Shown here piece after piece: positions 14,301 through 28,199 of a stretch of DNA of 64,000 nt (position 1 is its first letter; every line of letters begins with the position of its first letter). The stretch is from Lingula anatina. Its lineage: Eukaryota; Animalia; Brachiopoda. The position numbers and the translations under genes were made by a program. The stretch spans positions 248,001 to 312,000 of the forward strand of contig CM120645.1 of the NCBI GenBank assembly GCA_051362555.1, read 5' to 3'. Under the pieces are notes generated by a model, which was not told the DNA's origin, did not search any database, and saw only the letters and a program-made list of their open reading frames with translations.

Positions 14301-16776
14301 ACAGACCTTTTAAATTTTGATTGTTTTCGAAGAAATTTATTGCATTCTCTCTCTCGTCTAGACAAGTCTATGTGTGTTAACACGAATAACAATGTTTACT
14401 TACACTTTGTGCAGATTGATTGTCTTAGATTCAGTTATCTTGTAGACTCAGTGTATATAGCTCTTATGGTGGTTATCAGTAGCAAGCCTCCAACTATTTG
14501 GACTCAAAGAAATTCTCATCCTTTAACATAAAAAGCATTTGAAACTGGATGTCTCTCACACAGCTAAATATATCGTCAGTATTAAGGCAATGTCTCCAAA
14601 ACGGCAATGATTTTATCAAATAATTTCGTCATAAATCAAAGCATTGTGCCATTCCGCATAAGATAATAATATACCAAGTTTATAACAATTCTCCGGTTTT
14701 ATTGGATGTAATTTTTCATTTTTTGACGTATGTTGCTACCAGCCAGTTGGGTGGGTTAAAGGAACACGTGCAGGAACCGGATTTCTGCCTTATAGGCTTA
14801 AGTAAGAATGGCGTTTACATGGATATTTTCCACTTATTTCGAAGGCTTTTTATGGTTCCCGAGAGATTGACTTGGTTTGTTTTTTGTTTTGTTCTTCATT
14901 TTGGATCTTATCTGTGTCTTGCTTGAAACAAGCTCCAATTATTCCTATACACTGAACGTTACAGGGCAATAACCCTCCCTCTGTACGTATCTTTAGCATG
15001 TTTACATGATTATTGGCGTGGCCGCCAAAGCGTATCTTTAGAATCCTCGAGATAAGATCACTGTCTATAGAACAATAACGCACCTGCCATCTGGAAGGCT
15101 GAGAATCTTGTTATTTGTATCTTTAACACAATTATTAGGCAGTATTGCCAACGTTTAGCACGCGTACTGCATACACTTACCAAGATTAAAATAAATGCGT
15201 ATAGAAAATAAACGAAACTCAAGATTCTCGTTGCATCCTGCTGCAAAATATTAAAAAAAGAACAACTGTTCTTGTAATGTCTGAATCATCTATAGTTGTT
15301 ATAAATACAGCAACAAGACGAAAAAATGTCACAAGCCGCCGTCATTCGTAATGGTCGGCCGGCAAAAGGGAAAACTTAATCTTTCGTTGATAAGTACAGT
15401 TCCAAGTGTTGTATGCTTTATGGAACAGGTTTTTCTTCGTAATAGATGAATTTTGAGCATTGCCTAACTTAAATCTTCTTACAGATTGAACACATATGAA
15501 TCCCGATCTCTGAGTGTACACGTAATGTAAAAATCTAATGGTTTGTTTTACGTGAAGTAAATTAAAATAGGCGCGTGTTTCATGAACCGTCTTTACCTAT
15601 TTGCCTGATCTTCATGCTTTTTAATCACCTCCACACATTATATTTTTATCGATTGCCTTTAACATTTTGAACACAGTAACGTGGATACCTCAGTACCTAG
15701 TCTTTCTCCTGACAACATTTCACACGAAATTAATCTTCTCCAGTTAAGAGATAATGAGAAGAAAAGCTTATCAATCACGCACATGTATAATGTTTATACT
15801 GTTGTATTAATATTTTAATATTAAAATATTAACTGTTTTTCTTTCTCTGTTATTTGTCGGGCCCTAGCGTTATGGCAACCTCGATATGCAACATTTAGTG
15901 GTTACGGCAGATCTTCCGGTGAATTATGACTCCAGTTCTTGTTTCGATTTAGGTCGTTAACTTTTCAAGTAAAATTTATTGCAAAATCCACGGTGCATTT
16001 TTCCATGTTATCAGTCCTAGCTTTTCCCATGTTGATGGTTTCATATGGTTTGGAAGGATATTTTATGCCCTCAATCTTCACTTTACAAGTTCGTTCCCAA
16101 AGGAGAGTTCCTTTGGTTTCTATGATTCCACGATGCGCGGAAGGCATGGATATCCGTCGTTATTCGCCTGACGTCATACGAGATAAGAAAACATGCGAGA
16201 ATCCGGGAAATTGGGGATGGAAGGGGATTTCGTTATGTCTTGCAATAGACCGTCATTAGACAGAACTATAAAGAAAAAAAAACAGAAAGATACCCGCCAA
16301 AAAACTGTCAGCCTTTATTCGTAATCAGACCGTACTCGTATGTGAGTCTCTAATTATTTTTTCTTTTATCTCACTCTCATCCAAATCCTACGAAATCTGA
16401 GAAGGACACCATAACCTTCATGCCCTGCTTGAAGTCCAGTGCAGCGTGTCTTACTTTATTACTTTGTTAAACACTAGGTATTTCGTCTTCTTACTGATAT
16501 CACAAGTGATCATAAAAATGCAAGGACCTTCCCTAGCCAAGGGAATGTTATTCATTGGTAAACAGGACACATAGGAATGATCGGATGTCACTAAAGACAC
16601 ACTGGTTCCCGGTTTCTACCTACATTTGATAATATGTGCATGATTTATGACAGTGTGGCGAAAATACCCGGTTGTTATTTCCTGCTTGATCTTAAGCAGT
16701 TTCCTGATTTCTAGGACACCTGCAATTAGGAGATAACAGATTAGCGTTGACATAGAAACAGGCAAGAACGCCGCAG

Positions 16777-16940
16777 TGACGTCAGCACGCTATAGCTTGG
16801 CTTTCTATTTGGTTTTTTTACTTCGGTATAAGTGTAACTAGCTGACAAGATGTCAAGGTATTGCGTCAAGTTTTTTCAGTCACGTGAATCACGTGAGCGG
16901 GAAATATAAATCCCCCGCGCCATACTATTCTTCGTCATTC
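16777..16940 (+). promoter_or_regulatory. Candidate TATA-Inr Pol II promoter with CRE and tandem E-boxes
   Basis: TGACGTCA 16777-84, TTGCGTCA 16861-68, CACGTG at 16881 and 16890, TATAAA 16905-10, and Inr-like TCATTC with A at 16937 (32 nt after the TATA T). A second CRE is at 16169-76. Confidence 0.55.
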
Positions 16941-19639
16941 TTCGTTATTCTTGAGACAGTAGTCGTTCGTCTGATCAGGGAATTATATCCGATATAATTC
17001 CCTGGTCTGATGTATAAGGAAATTAGAATAAAGGATCTTCTGCTTATTTACGGTAAAGTCGATTTGTTGTTTTATACTCGGCCACATGAGAGTGGGTAGA
17101 AAGACAGACAAAAACCTGGGCGAAGAGAAGAAAAAGAGATAAGACGAAAGTTTAGATAAATATAAAATAAGAATTAATATCCAAACATTTAGACTTAGGA
17201 AGTTAGGAAATAGAGATAAGAGGAAAGAATAGATAAATATAAAATAAGAAATAGTATCCAAATATTTAGACTTAGAAATTAGTCATCTTTGAGATACGGT
17301 AATATTCATGACCCCACAAGGCCATGCCTGAAGGCAGCAATACTCTCAGCCATGTATTATGTCTTGTCACAGACAAACACAGACAGACGCTCTGGCGGAC
17401 TTTACATTACCGGTGACCGGCAGCACCGTCATCCGCGCTGGTGAGCCAAAGTGACATCAAAGCACACCACTTGTACCTAACTAGTTGTTATGATGTATCA
17501 ACCTCTGTCCCCAGCACTCCGGACCAGTATGATGCTTAGATGACAAAGTAATAACTAAGTGATACATCAAACATTAAATGTCAGTTGTTAAATGGTTTGT
17601 AGCGTTTGATATGGTAAACTCTGGTACAGGACAGCTACCATCAAAGATCAGCGTCAGGTGGACTGCTCAGTTAGTTGATGTACAAAGGACATTTGTTTTA
17701 CAGGTCGTGTTTTTAATGGTACCTTAAAGATTAAAGGACAGCGCTGTTTAATCATTATCGAACAGCTTCCAATGCTTTACGATGACGATAAAGCCGGATA
17801 TTGTACTTTGTTAAAGGTACTTCAGGTACATTATCTTCAGGTGATTAACGGTGCTTCAGTTACATCGGCGCTAATCAATAAAGCTCTCTGCGTGGGGTGC
17901 TTTGTACTGCAGCTAAACATCAAAACAACACATGAGTACCCGGTATGTAGCATGCATCATGCTTTATCAATTAAATGTTTATAATGTTCATTAGCAACAA
18001 ACGAACAAACAAAAAACAAAGAGACAGACAAACAAATAAATAAATATATGGGTGTTGTTCAATACACTGAAAGGCACCAGATAGAGAATTAGTATCCTTA
18101 TGCTCCGAATGTTTTCTATTTATAGTTACAGGCATCGGTGTTATTGGATACCACATGAGATCACGATGATTCTTGAGAATTTATTGTAGTCAAAAGCTAG
18201 TCCATGAAGAACCGCGCAATTTGGACATCTTTGACGTTTCTGGCAACAAGCCAAATCCGCCGATTGGTACAAATTGCATCTTTCTGTTGACTTTTCCCAA
18301 GAGGAGGAAAGAATGCTACGTAATTTATGAATCGAGATTAACGCGCATTTTACCCCTGTATCTGAACAAAAAACAATTGGAATTTTTACATCTTACGTGT
18401 AAAGATATGAATATGGTCAACTGGAATACCCGTGTCAAAAAGAAACAATGGTTTGAAAATGATCATAGAAGATAATTCAAATATTTGAAAAATTGTCACA
18501 TCGTCGTGGAGTTTTATTTCACAAGGTCAAAACAGTGAAAACATAGGTGGTTTAAATGCCTTTTAGTCAATTACAAAATACAATTGTCTTCACACACTAT
18601 TGTAATTGATGCAGAAAGTTAAGCCAATATATCAAGATATGTGTGTCGTTGCTGACCCTCGGATTCAGTCTTGGTGCTGTTTTCCCTGACAATTGGTTCC
18701 AGTGTGACAGGAATGGTAGTCCGCTGAGAACCGTGCCCCATGATTTAGACCAGGTGAAATTTGTCTTTTATACTAACCCCAATACTCCAACTAACGCTAA
18801 CCTGTACTATTCATATTGGACCAAGGACTTAGAACCATTTCTAGGACTACTAATTTGTCTCACATATGTGTAAATATATTAATATATCTGGTAAGAAGGG
18901 TTGATTCATAAAACTAGACAGCGAAGCAGTAAATTATACAGACACTCAACAGATATTAGCTTTCACCCATCATGCTAATTCACGGACTCAACCGGCTTTT
19001 ACCGTACAAAGCCTTCTAGCAAATTTGACAATGATTTGGCACTTATAGGCAAACGTCGCAAAAATGCAGGTAAACAAACCAGTTAGGTCACTTAGTAAAT
19101 TTCAAGTAAAAAGGCGGTCTGACAATTAAGTTGGACTGCAACGGTAACAGCACGTACAGATAAGATAATACACAGTGATCAGAATAAATACAGACGCTTA
19201 CAGTTTTACAGAACCAAAGACAACTGCTCCTTCTTTATCATAGAGGATATTTTCAAGACGGATTTTCTGATAGTTCTCCACCCATACTTCGTTTCTTGAA
19301 CTCAAAAATGCTTAGTGGGATAAATAAAATCGGATTAATTAACTTGCCTGGAAGAAACCTAAACACATACCTCATTGACGCCGGGCAATTTATCAGTCCT
19401 CCCTCTGCTCTGGCACTAACCTGAAGCAGCAGGCCACGTGAAACACAATCAATAAAGCCGTCATATTCTCTTAACTGGTTAATTTCTTTGAATGAACGCA
19501 GCAGACCCAATATTCCCAAGTGCTAATTTCTCCAATGTGATTGACAGTTCCGGGAAAATGTACGTACATTGTAGTTTAAGACGGCACGCTGGTTAAGATG
19601 GCCCAAATTCTCGCCTATCATTTTTTCAGTATATACCCA

Positions 19640-19640
<1 letters not shown>

Positions 19641-19727
<87 letters not shown>
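19641..19727. repeat. Compound (TA)n(GA)n microsatellite
   Basis: Direct reading. Other simple repeats: G-run 3361-3394, A-run 23621-23662, (CA)(TA) 33383-33446, (GT) 36231-36298, (GA) 37690-37735, (CA)-rich 40435-40624, (GT)(GA) 43264-43371, (GA) 46025-46085. Confidence 0.97.
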
Positions 19728-19730
<3 letters not shown>

Positions 19731-22464
19731 AAAACCAATTAAAATATTCAGAATACATTACAAGGGTATTTATATCGTAACAGAAAAAGTATCAATGAAT
19801 TCAACACCGCTTGTATTCAATTCAGAATAAGGAGCTTGCCTGTATGGAACACGTGGTGAGGAGGAGACGCCGCACGTGACTTAAGCAGCGGATTTATCCC
19901 CGGCTAAACCTTGCCACGAGTATTACAGAAAAATAATTTGACAACTAACTCGAAAACATGTAAGACTCGGTTCAAGTTGACATGTCCACTTCAACTAGCG
20001 CCGAGAACACAACAGGAACCATCTAAACTTAGACACACCGGCTTAAACTAGCAGAAATCACAATCATTTCCTTATTCTGCAAAGTACCCCTTATTGCGTT
20101 GACTAGAGTCGATAATATACCTTTATTACGCAGATAATACCTGTAAATGATAAAGAAGCGGTCAGCCGAAAGCAAATATAGCCTGGCTAATAACCGACTC
20201 TTATGAAAGCGGTAGTCGTTAAATACATAAAAATTGGTTTCCTGTAGGGTCGTCGTGTCTGGGTCGTCCAAGGTGCTGCAAAGTTGTTGAATGTTGTTTT
20301 CTATATGTTTAATTTTATTATAAAAAGTTTGATAAATTAGATATGGCCTATTACTTCAGATATTGGGCCAGTTTCGATGAAGAACTCAAGAACGACAAAC
20401 TTGGTCTGGTTTAATGTCTCGTGCCCTCACACAGAAACAACATTTCATGTAAATGAAATGACACACTATCAAAATATCTTGTGTGAAAGTCTGTCAAAAA
20501 GTGGAAAGTGAAAAGTGGACTAAAGCGTTTGTACTTACAGACAAACCTTACTCCCTGCGTAACAATGAATGTGGCCATTCAGAAAAGATGATGGAGGCGG
20601 GGAGACCATCGAGAATCAGCGGCATCGCTTTTTTTTTCAATTTAACAATTCAATTTCAATTTTTGAAGAAGTGTGGTCGGCCATATTTAGTCGGCGGATC
20701 AGTTAGTACTCGGATTATCTATTCTGATTAGCCCCTATGTTCCTTTGTAAAATGAGCTCCAGACAGACGGGTTACAGTTAATAGCAGCTTGAACAAATAA
20801 AAGCGATCGTGGTACAGTGTATGTAGGCCTAAAAAGCTGTTGGTGTTTTGGACCAAAGATGTTTGTAAACATGTTTACAGTTTATGGAGTTACCTTGACT
20901 TTGATTTTTTAATATTAGCCACGTGCTAATGGAGTTACCTTGACATAGATTGTTAATATTGGCAACGTACTGATGCACGACCAGGCGGTTCAGGTTGATC
21001 TTTCAGTGAAAATCGTTGAGTACATTTTACCCGATATAATCATTAGAAATTATTGCTGTATTTGAAAATACGATAATAGCAATATGTCTGTCGATATCAA
21101 TATTACAAAAGAACGCTTGGGATATTTGCTTCCCGACAGCGTTGGTACCTTTCTATATAGAGCGATAAAGAATAATTTTGAAAAGTTATTTTGATGAAAG
21201 CATTTTCAAACTTCATTCCCATATCAACTCTGTGCTGCATGTGTATGAAAGCTCTTTCTTTCAGTGTTAACTAGCCAGGTTCTTCACTAAGAGCACAAGA
21301 ATTGTTTAAGATACGCACGTTATTTCCTTTTTTCTTAATTCCACGTACATTGGTATTGTTCTATGATGACATAAGCACACATTTGGCACTATATATCATG
21401 TTTGATATACAGTCCACTACGCTATGCCCACACCTACACGATTTGGAATTCAGCTTAATCATTTTTCGTTTTCATGTAATATCAAGACAGAACATTTGTG
21501 TGCCTTGGCTTTATCGAACCGGTTGTAATTCTATATTTGATTACTCCCATTAGATGCGAATTACATGTTAGGCTATTTGGGAAAAATGCCACCAACAGAA
21601 AGATAGCGTTACTCGAGACTTTGTGCCGGAAAGCAGATAAACAAGACTTCATAATACTATGAGCTCCATCATTCCTCGCCACCCCAAACTTGCAATTATA
21701 CAGACAACCATAATTGTTATTTTAAAATATAATATTATCACTATTTAAATATGATGAAAACTGAATAAACAACACAATGTCATGCGTATTCAGGTGAGGG
21801 AAAAGAGGAAGTCAACTTTAAAGCTTCGGCAAAAGGTATGGACTCGTAATAGTGCTCGTAATTTTGACCAAAATAATAAATGATTATCGATAAAACTTAA
21901 AGAATAAATTGGTCTCACCTATTTTCTTATTTTGTACGCTCACCAGGTTTCCGCTCAAATTGGCCTAGCATGATCAAGTTCCATAACAAAAAATTTGAAA
22001 CAAAATTATTGGAAAAAATATAAGAACTAATCCGATTATATCTAGTCTAAGATGTAATCTGGTCCATTAAGGTCATCAACGCTCCTTTAATTGGATTAGA
22101 ATAAACTGAATTTTTTGATAATCAGATTGGTTGAAACAGTGTTCACAAGGCGACGTGTGAAAAATGAGAAAAAAATAGCAGCCCATCATGCGTGGTTTTG
22201 TTGACCTGGATGGTTGATCTACATCTACTCCGCCAGGTGTCACCATGAGTAAAGTTCCAGTCGGGATGATACAGTGCTCCCGAGATTCACGTCATATATA
22301 CATAAATATATATATAAAATAAGAAACTTATTCAAGCGGCTTCCTCCATTGTTTATTCCGTCCGACCTTTTCCCCGAAGGCTCTTCAGGGGCATACAATT
22401 TCAAAAGGAAGTATTTTAATGGAATCATGTCTGACTGACCTGCATTTTAGAGCAAGTTGTCTAA

Positions 22465-22664
22465 GGGCGCATTCCCATAGATTTTAGATCGATCTATTCC
22501 CGTGGGGAGTCTCACTAGATTACTGTCAGATAATCCGGCTTAAATTTCCGTCCCGCCTACTGCAAGCTGTAAGGGGATTACCAACTTTCGTGCCCGATTG
22601 GCTGACAGCTATTTAGCGTGAACCCCCAGGGAGTTAGGTCGATCTAATCTCTGGGAATGGGGTC
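22465..22664 (+). mobile_element. PIF/Harbinger-like MITE, copy 1
   Basis: TAA on both flanks; TIR core CATTCCCA.AGATT..TAGATCGA / TCGATCTAATCTCTGGGAATG; homologous to 25267-25492. Confidence 0.75.
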
Positions 22665-23619
22665 TAAGGGTGTCATCACCGCGAGATTCAAGTTACTCTG
22701 TCAGTATTAAAATGATGGAAGAGACTTCAGACATTATTTAGTATATTTATCATATCATTGTATAGCGTCATGTAGGGTAAAAGAAGTTAGCGTTTAGTTA
22801 CATGTATAAAGAAAATTCTAGTCGCAAGTCCTGAATATAATTTTTCTTGTATTAATTCGAATAGATTTCTAAATGACAGCTTGGTGGCCATTTTGGATAA
22901 TGCACTTTTAAGTTTTAACAGGTCACTGGATTATGGCACGCCAGGGTCCTTAGATCAAACTGAGCTCAGAATGTTAAACTGGCATCAATTCACTGACGCG
23001 TATCACGTTCAGCTTTTCAATCAATGATTTAAGTATTTCCTTCTATAATCTCACGCATCAAGCTGTTGCATTAAGGCTTTGCCTGACACATTTTACTCCA
23101 TCGCAATACACACACACACACACACACACACAAAGCACAAACGCACACACATTGACAAACGCAAGCACGAGCGTACACACACCTCGAAGCAATTGTAGTT
23201 ATTTTGTTCATATACAAATAATATGTATTTGTCAGATATGCTAGGAAATATGGTGGTACTGACATCAGCTAACCATCAATAATTCATAGACTCTTAAAGT
23301 AGCAATTATAGAAAACTGGAGAATGAAAAAGTAGGAAAAGCTGCTTGGCGTTTCTCCTTGCTATCATCTCTGGCACTGGGTGAACACAATTGGAATTGAC
23401 TATGAAATAAGACACTGCCTAGGATATCGGATTTGCCGCCTTTCAAGACAGCATGGCGAACAGTTCCAACTCACCACGAAGCTGCTGGCAAGTACATGCA
23501 AGTCTCATCTCAGCTTTGTTTCGCAAATCTCACATCTTTTTTTCCATTGATGGATGCCATGACAGCGAGAAACCTTTTACTGTTTCCATGAATAAATGTC
23601 AGGACAATTCTAAGCATGT

Positions 23620-23666
<47 letters not shown>

Positions 23667-24019
23667 GATTGTTCTAAACACCTATTATTTGTATCATAGT
23701 GTGTAACGCTTTGCAGACATACCAGTATGTACGATGCATGCTGAAGCGCGCGTGTGTGTATGTAGCGGTAGTGTGTATCTGGGAACCTATCAAACGTGAA
23801 CAAAACATGAAACCAATAACAGTCATATCAGAAAACACTCGATTCAGTATTGTTTTCTGTGACGGCAACCCGCGACAACACAAGGGCTTCAAATAAGCAG
23901 CACCTGACTGAATTCTGACACATTTACAAATGTGAAAACTCAAAATGTGTACAATAAAAAAAAAAAACAGTCGTGCGAAACGCATCCACATACACGCCAA
24001 ATAAACGCTGTCAACTTAC

Positions 24020-24270
24020 CTGTGACACAGTGGAAGTGTGACTCTTGCTGTTAATAGAAGTGTGCTTAAAGGTAAACACATATATCTGTGGAAGTCAACC
24101 CCGATCTTTGATGTCTCGACTCCACTCCCTCGTGAATAACCACTACCGGAATCACAAGTAGCCGGCTGCGTAGCGTTCTCCTCTCTATATATCTGTACGA
24201 CAGATGTAATTGTGCGTGACTCCAGATAACCAGGTGACGTGCCGCTCGTTAAACGGCTACGCATGCGCAG
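24020..24270 (-). promoter_or_regulatory. Candidate promoter and first exon of a leftward gene
   Basis: NRF1-like ACGCATGCGC 24259-68, TGACGT at about 24235, TATATA 24186-91, CpG enrichment, and a perfect donor CAG|GTAAGT at 24020/24019. Confidence 0.45.
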
Positions 24271-25266
24271 CGATTTTTTTTCGTTTGAAAGAGACTCTAG
24301 TACAGATATATATATGTGTGTGTGGTTGTGTGTCTTGTAACAAATAAAAACCAAATATGTGTCTTACTATAGCAAAGCAGGAGAGGTAACATTTTTTGTT
24401 GTGCTTTCTATCCAAAAGAAGGGCGTGAGTTACGCTATCTCGACACAAGTGAATTTTTGAATGTTTGTATTACAAAATACGAGTAAATTAACCTAGATTG
24501 CAAAATGGCTTAAATTTGCAAAATCTGTTGGAAGAAGTAAAAGAGTTAAATGAAGATCATCGAATTGAACAAAAAACATACTGAAATAAGGCTGTCGGCA
24601 TGTCTAATTCGAAGTTTATTTATAATAATAAACATAAACAAGACAGTGTAGATTCATATACCAAACAACAAAAACATACACTGTATAGCAACAATATTTA
24701 CAAAATCAATAAATACATTAATAAATAAACTGAAGAGGGCGACAGCTTTTGAAATGTTAATCCGTCCATTCTGATTTTCCATGTCTTTTCCAAACAGTGC
24801 TACTCAGTATACTGGTATTTCTAAAAAACAAAACAAAACAACGGCTGGGCAGGTATAAGGACTGATGGATCGGCGACATGGCCAGACACTTTGATGAAAA
24901 TATATACAGACACACGCACGCGAGTGTGCTCGCATAAAACATCGTAATGAACACCCTTATGTCAAACGTGTCTATATTACCGCCAAACCACCAGCAGACG
25001 TTGCCATAGTGTGGCAATATAACGTATGCGCAGTCGTTTCTCAGGTCCCTGTTAATGCATTGTCTCCATTTTATAGTAACAAAATAATATAATAAAATAG
25101 GATAATTTTCAATGCAAATGATTTTTCACATCCATACTTAAGGTTGCCGGTTGTTGTGTTTTCACTGCATTTTATAAAACGGGTGTAAATTGTACTTAAT
25201 TTTCAGCTCTGTGCTAACGGTCCTCAGTCACGTGTTGCGTATTGTGTCAAGCTCATCCAGGACTTG

Positions 25267-25492
25267 CACCCCATTTCCATAGATTTTTAGATCGATCTAT
25301 CCCTGTGGGGAGTCTCACTAGATTACTGTCAGCTTGGCCGGCTTAAGCGTCTGTCCCGCCTACTAAAAGCTGTAAGGGGGTAATTAACTATGGTGCCCGC
25401 TCGGCTGACTGCAATTTAGCGTGAACCCCCAGGGAGTTAGGTCGATCTAAATCTTAATCTTTAGATCGATCTAAATCTCTGGGAAAGCACCC
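25267..25492 (+). mobile_element. PIF/Harbinger-like MITE, copy 2
   Basis: Same internal sequence and orientation as 22465-22664; TTG on both flanks; small internal duplication near the right end. Confidence 0.75.
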
Positions 25493-28199
25493 TTGGTCAT
25501 GTGCAGACAAAAGGGGTGGAACAAGCGGGGATCAAAGGAGTCTGACTTATTTCTTCATGTCTACGATCCATCGAATATTTGCGGGGAGGGAGCGCAGCAT
25601 CTAGAATTAACGATCATTATATATTATTCTTGAAAAAAGAAAAAAAGAAAAGAAAACTCGCAAAGCAGATTGCTGATGGATTTTCGAGTTTTGGCGGCCA
25701 TAATGACAGACCTCAAGCTAAGACCCCGCGTGGTGCGCCATCACCATGGCAACTGCACACAACATACGTCACACGTACATGATCAAGAATTCATTGCATT
25801 CGACTTTGAACATTCTCTATGACTCCATGCAGGTGCAAAAGAACAACCTACATGGATAAAGATGGCTTGCCTTTAAGACAAAAATCTTTAAGCTGTGATG
25901 TGATGAAAGCGAACATGAGTCCATTTTGTAAAACGAAATTGCATTTTTATGTCTTGTGTGAATGGTTTGTTGACTTAAGCATACAGATAAATCAATTAAT
26001 TAAAACTGTATAGTTTAGTTTGATATCTCAGTACATATAACCTATAATGTGTACGACCCCGGCGTACAACCATCACTGGCTGTTGTAGCGGTGGTGCTAA
26101 GACTGCCAGTCATATAGACAATGCAGAGATATCACAGCTAACCTTAATATAATTCCTTGACCATTTAGCGCCAACACCGCAGGTCATGCCACTGCTCTAA
26201 AGGTCTAACGCTAATTAACTTATTATTTAAGAACATTTATGACTCCTCCCTTGAAGGCGATGGGATGTCACTGCCAGTTAACTTTGTAATGAATAATTTG
26301 GTCACAGACACTTTCTTTAACTCCACGGAGATTTTCACTTCATGACAGATGCCCGCCTTCAATAAGTTGAACACGTTGGAATTACTAACGAAAGTGAAAG
26401 TCGGGATAGTCCCTAAGATAACGGCTGAGGTTTTCTATTTCTACAGCTTATTTCAGTGATAACGCAAAGATCAAAGGATAGAATTGTTTAATCAACATCG
26501 TGAAATCCCTATCGACCGCATGACAAACTGCATGACAAACGCTGCTATTGTGGTTGTTGTTCGCCTTACTGAACCTGTCCTGCCACGTGATTCGCTTGGC
26601 TGTAAGCTCCAACTAGCTTTCAATTGGTCAGGCTGTAGACTGTTTTGTGGACATTGTGCCAACGTTTTAGTGGCTACCTGTGCACTTTATAAAATATAGA
26701 TCTCATACGAAGAATTATTATCCCTTTAAGCGTCAATTATGGAATTCAAAGCAATTCAATTTCTTTTTCCTGCTAGGGGAAAAAGACCAAATCACGCGGA
26801 CAGTAGGCCTCATGGCACATTAGTTACTTTGAATTTTACAAATTTTATCAACGTACTCTTAATACCGGATATTTTTTCTGAAAACGTCTTCCTTTACACA
26901 GGTTTTATGCACTCAAGCAGAGAGTCTTAAAATAGCCAAAGAAAATTCCCAAGGAATTGAGAATAGTCAGTTTGAATATGCTTAATCAAGGTTTGTACTT
27001 TGGGCGGTTTCCTGTACTTTCTTGATATCTGTTCAATTTTACTTCCATTGGGATACGAGTTTCAGGAAAATTGATCCGATAGCGGATCCTCACCAAAACT
27101 GGGGGATCAAAATGCAATTTTTCTTTGGACAGAAAATGCATTATTCCTTGTTATCTATGAAATCATTTGCCAATGATGTAAATAAGAACTGATTAAAGCC
27201 GCCTTGTGTCTAGGAGGTCCCAGACAGCAATCACCTGCCCCGGGAACACATCATTTCTACAACATTACCGCCTTTGATGTTTACCATATGCCACAGCTAC
27301 CACCTGGCGCTGCGAGCTATTATATCTAATGGTTGAAACGATTCCAATCTACATTTAGATTGAAAACCGTTGATTTCAACATAAAGTGACGTGCAATTAT
27401 TCATAGAAAATTATTTCATGTTATCTAACTTTTTACTAGGAAGAGTTGTTTCTTCCTTTATGTCAATCAGATACATTATAAGACATAGTAAGCACTTGTA
27501 TATTTCGAACGCGTGTGCGCGTGCGGGCAAACAAACAAACAAACACACACACACTGTATGCCAACATTCCAAAGTTGCGTCAGCCCGAGTCACAAGCAAT
27601 GAAATTGTTCTACGTTACCTCTCTGATTAGTTTATTTGAAGAAAAGTGAAGATAGAATACCACTTTGGACGATACTCGAGGCTTTTAAGTTTACCATTTG
27701 TCATTTATTCGCTGAATTATTTTTATTGATTTATCCAGCGATCGACCTTTTACATAGACTTGGGGAAGTCTTACATAGCTGGCACACCTTCATGGTTCCT
27801 TGATGACAACACTAAATAATCACGGTAATATCGACATCAACAACTTTAAATTCATTTTATTGATGCTGTCAGTTTTCCCTTATTGTCTATAAAAGGTACT
27901 ATTAAGGATTGAAGGATTTCCCCGCCCACATTAATTTTCCTCGAGATTCCTAAGAAATCACAGCTCTGCCCGTCCTTGCGTTTGGATATGATGTTTTATA
28001 TCATTTGTAATACAATGACTTAATTCTTAGTAACTGGCCTGTATATTTAAGAAGATCGACACCAGGTACATTTTCTGAGTTAATTTAGTTTTTAAGGTAT
28101 GAATTGGGAAAGAATATTAGCTTTGCAGAAATGTAAAAACAGAAAATATGGCTTTTGTAAATATTCAAACGCATACAGAATACCTTAAATATTAATCTA

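Noticed and set aside
17604-17645. Possible pre-miRNA hairpin (TTTGATATGGTA...TACCATCAAA)
   Set aside because: The stem is short and bulged and matches no conserved miRNA I can recall; not supportable without folding and small-RNA data.
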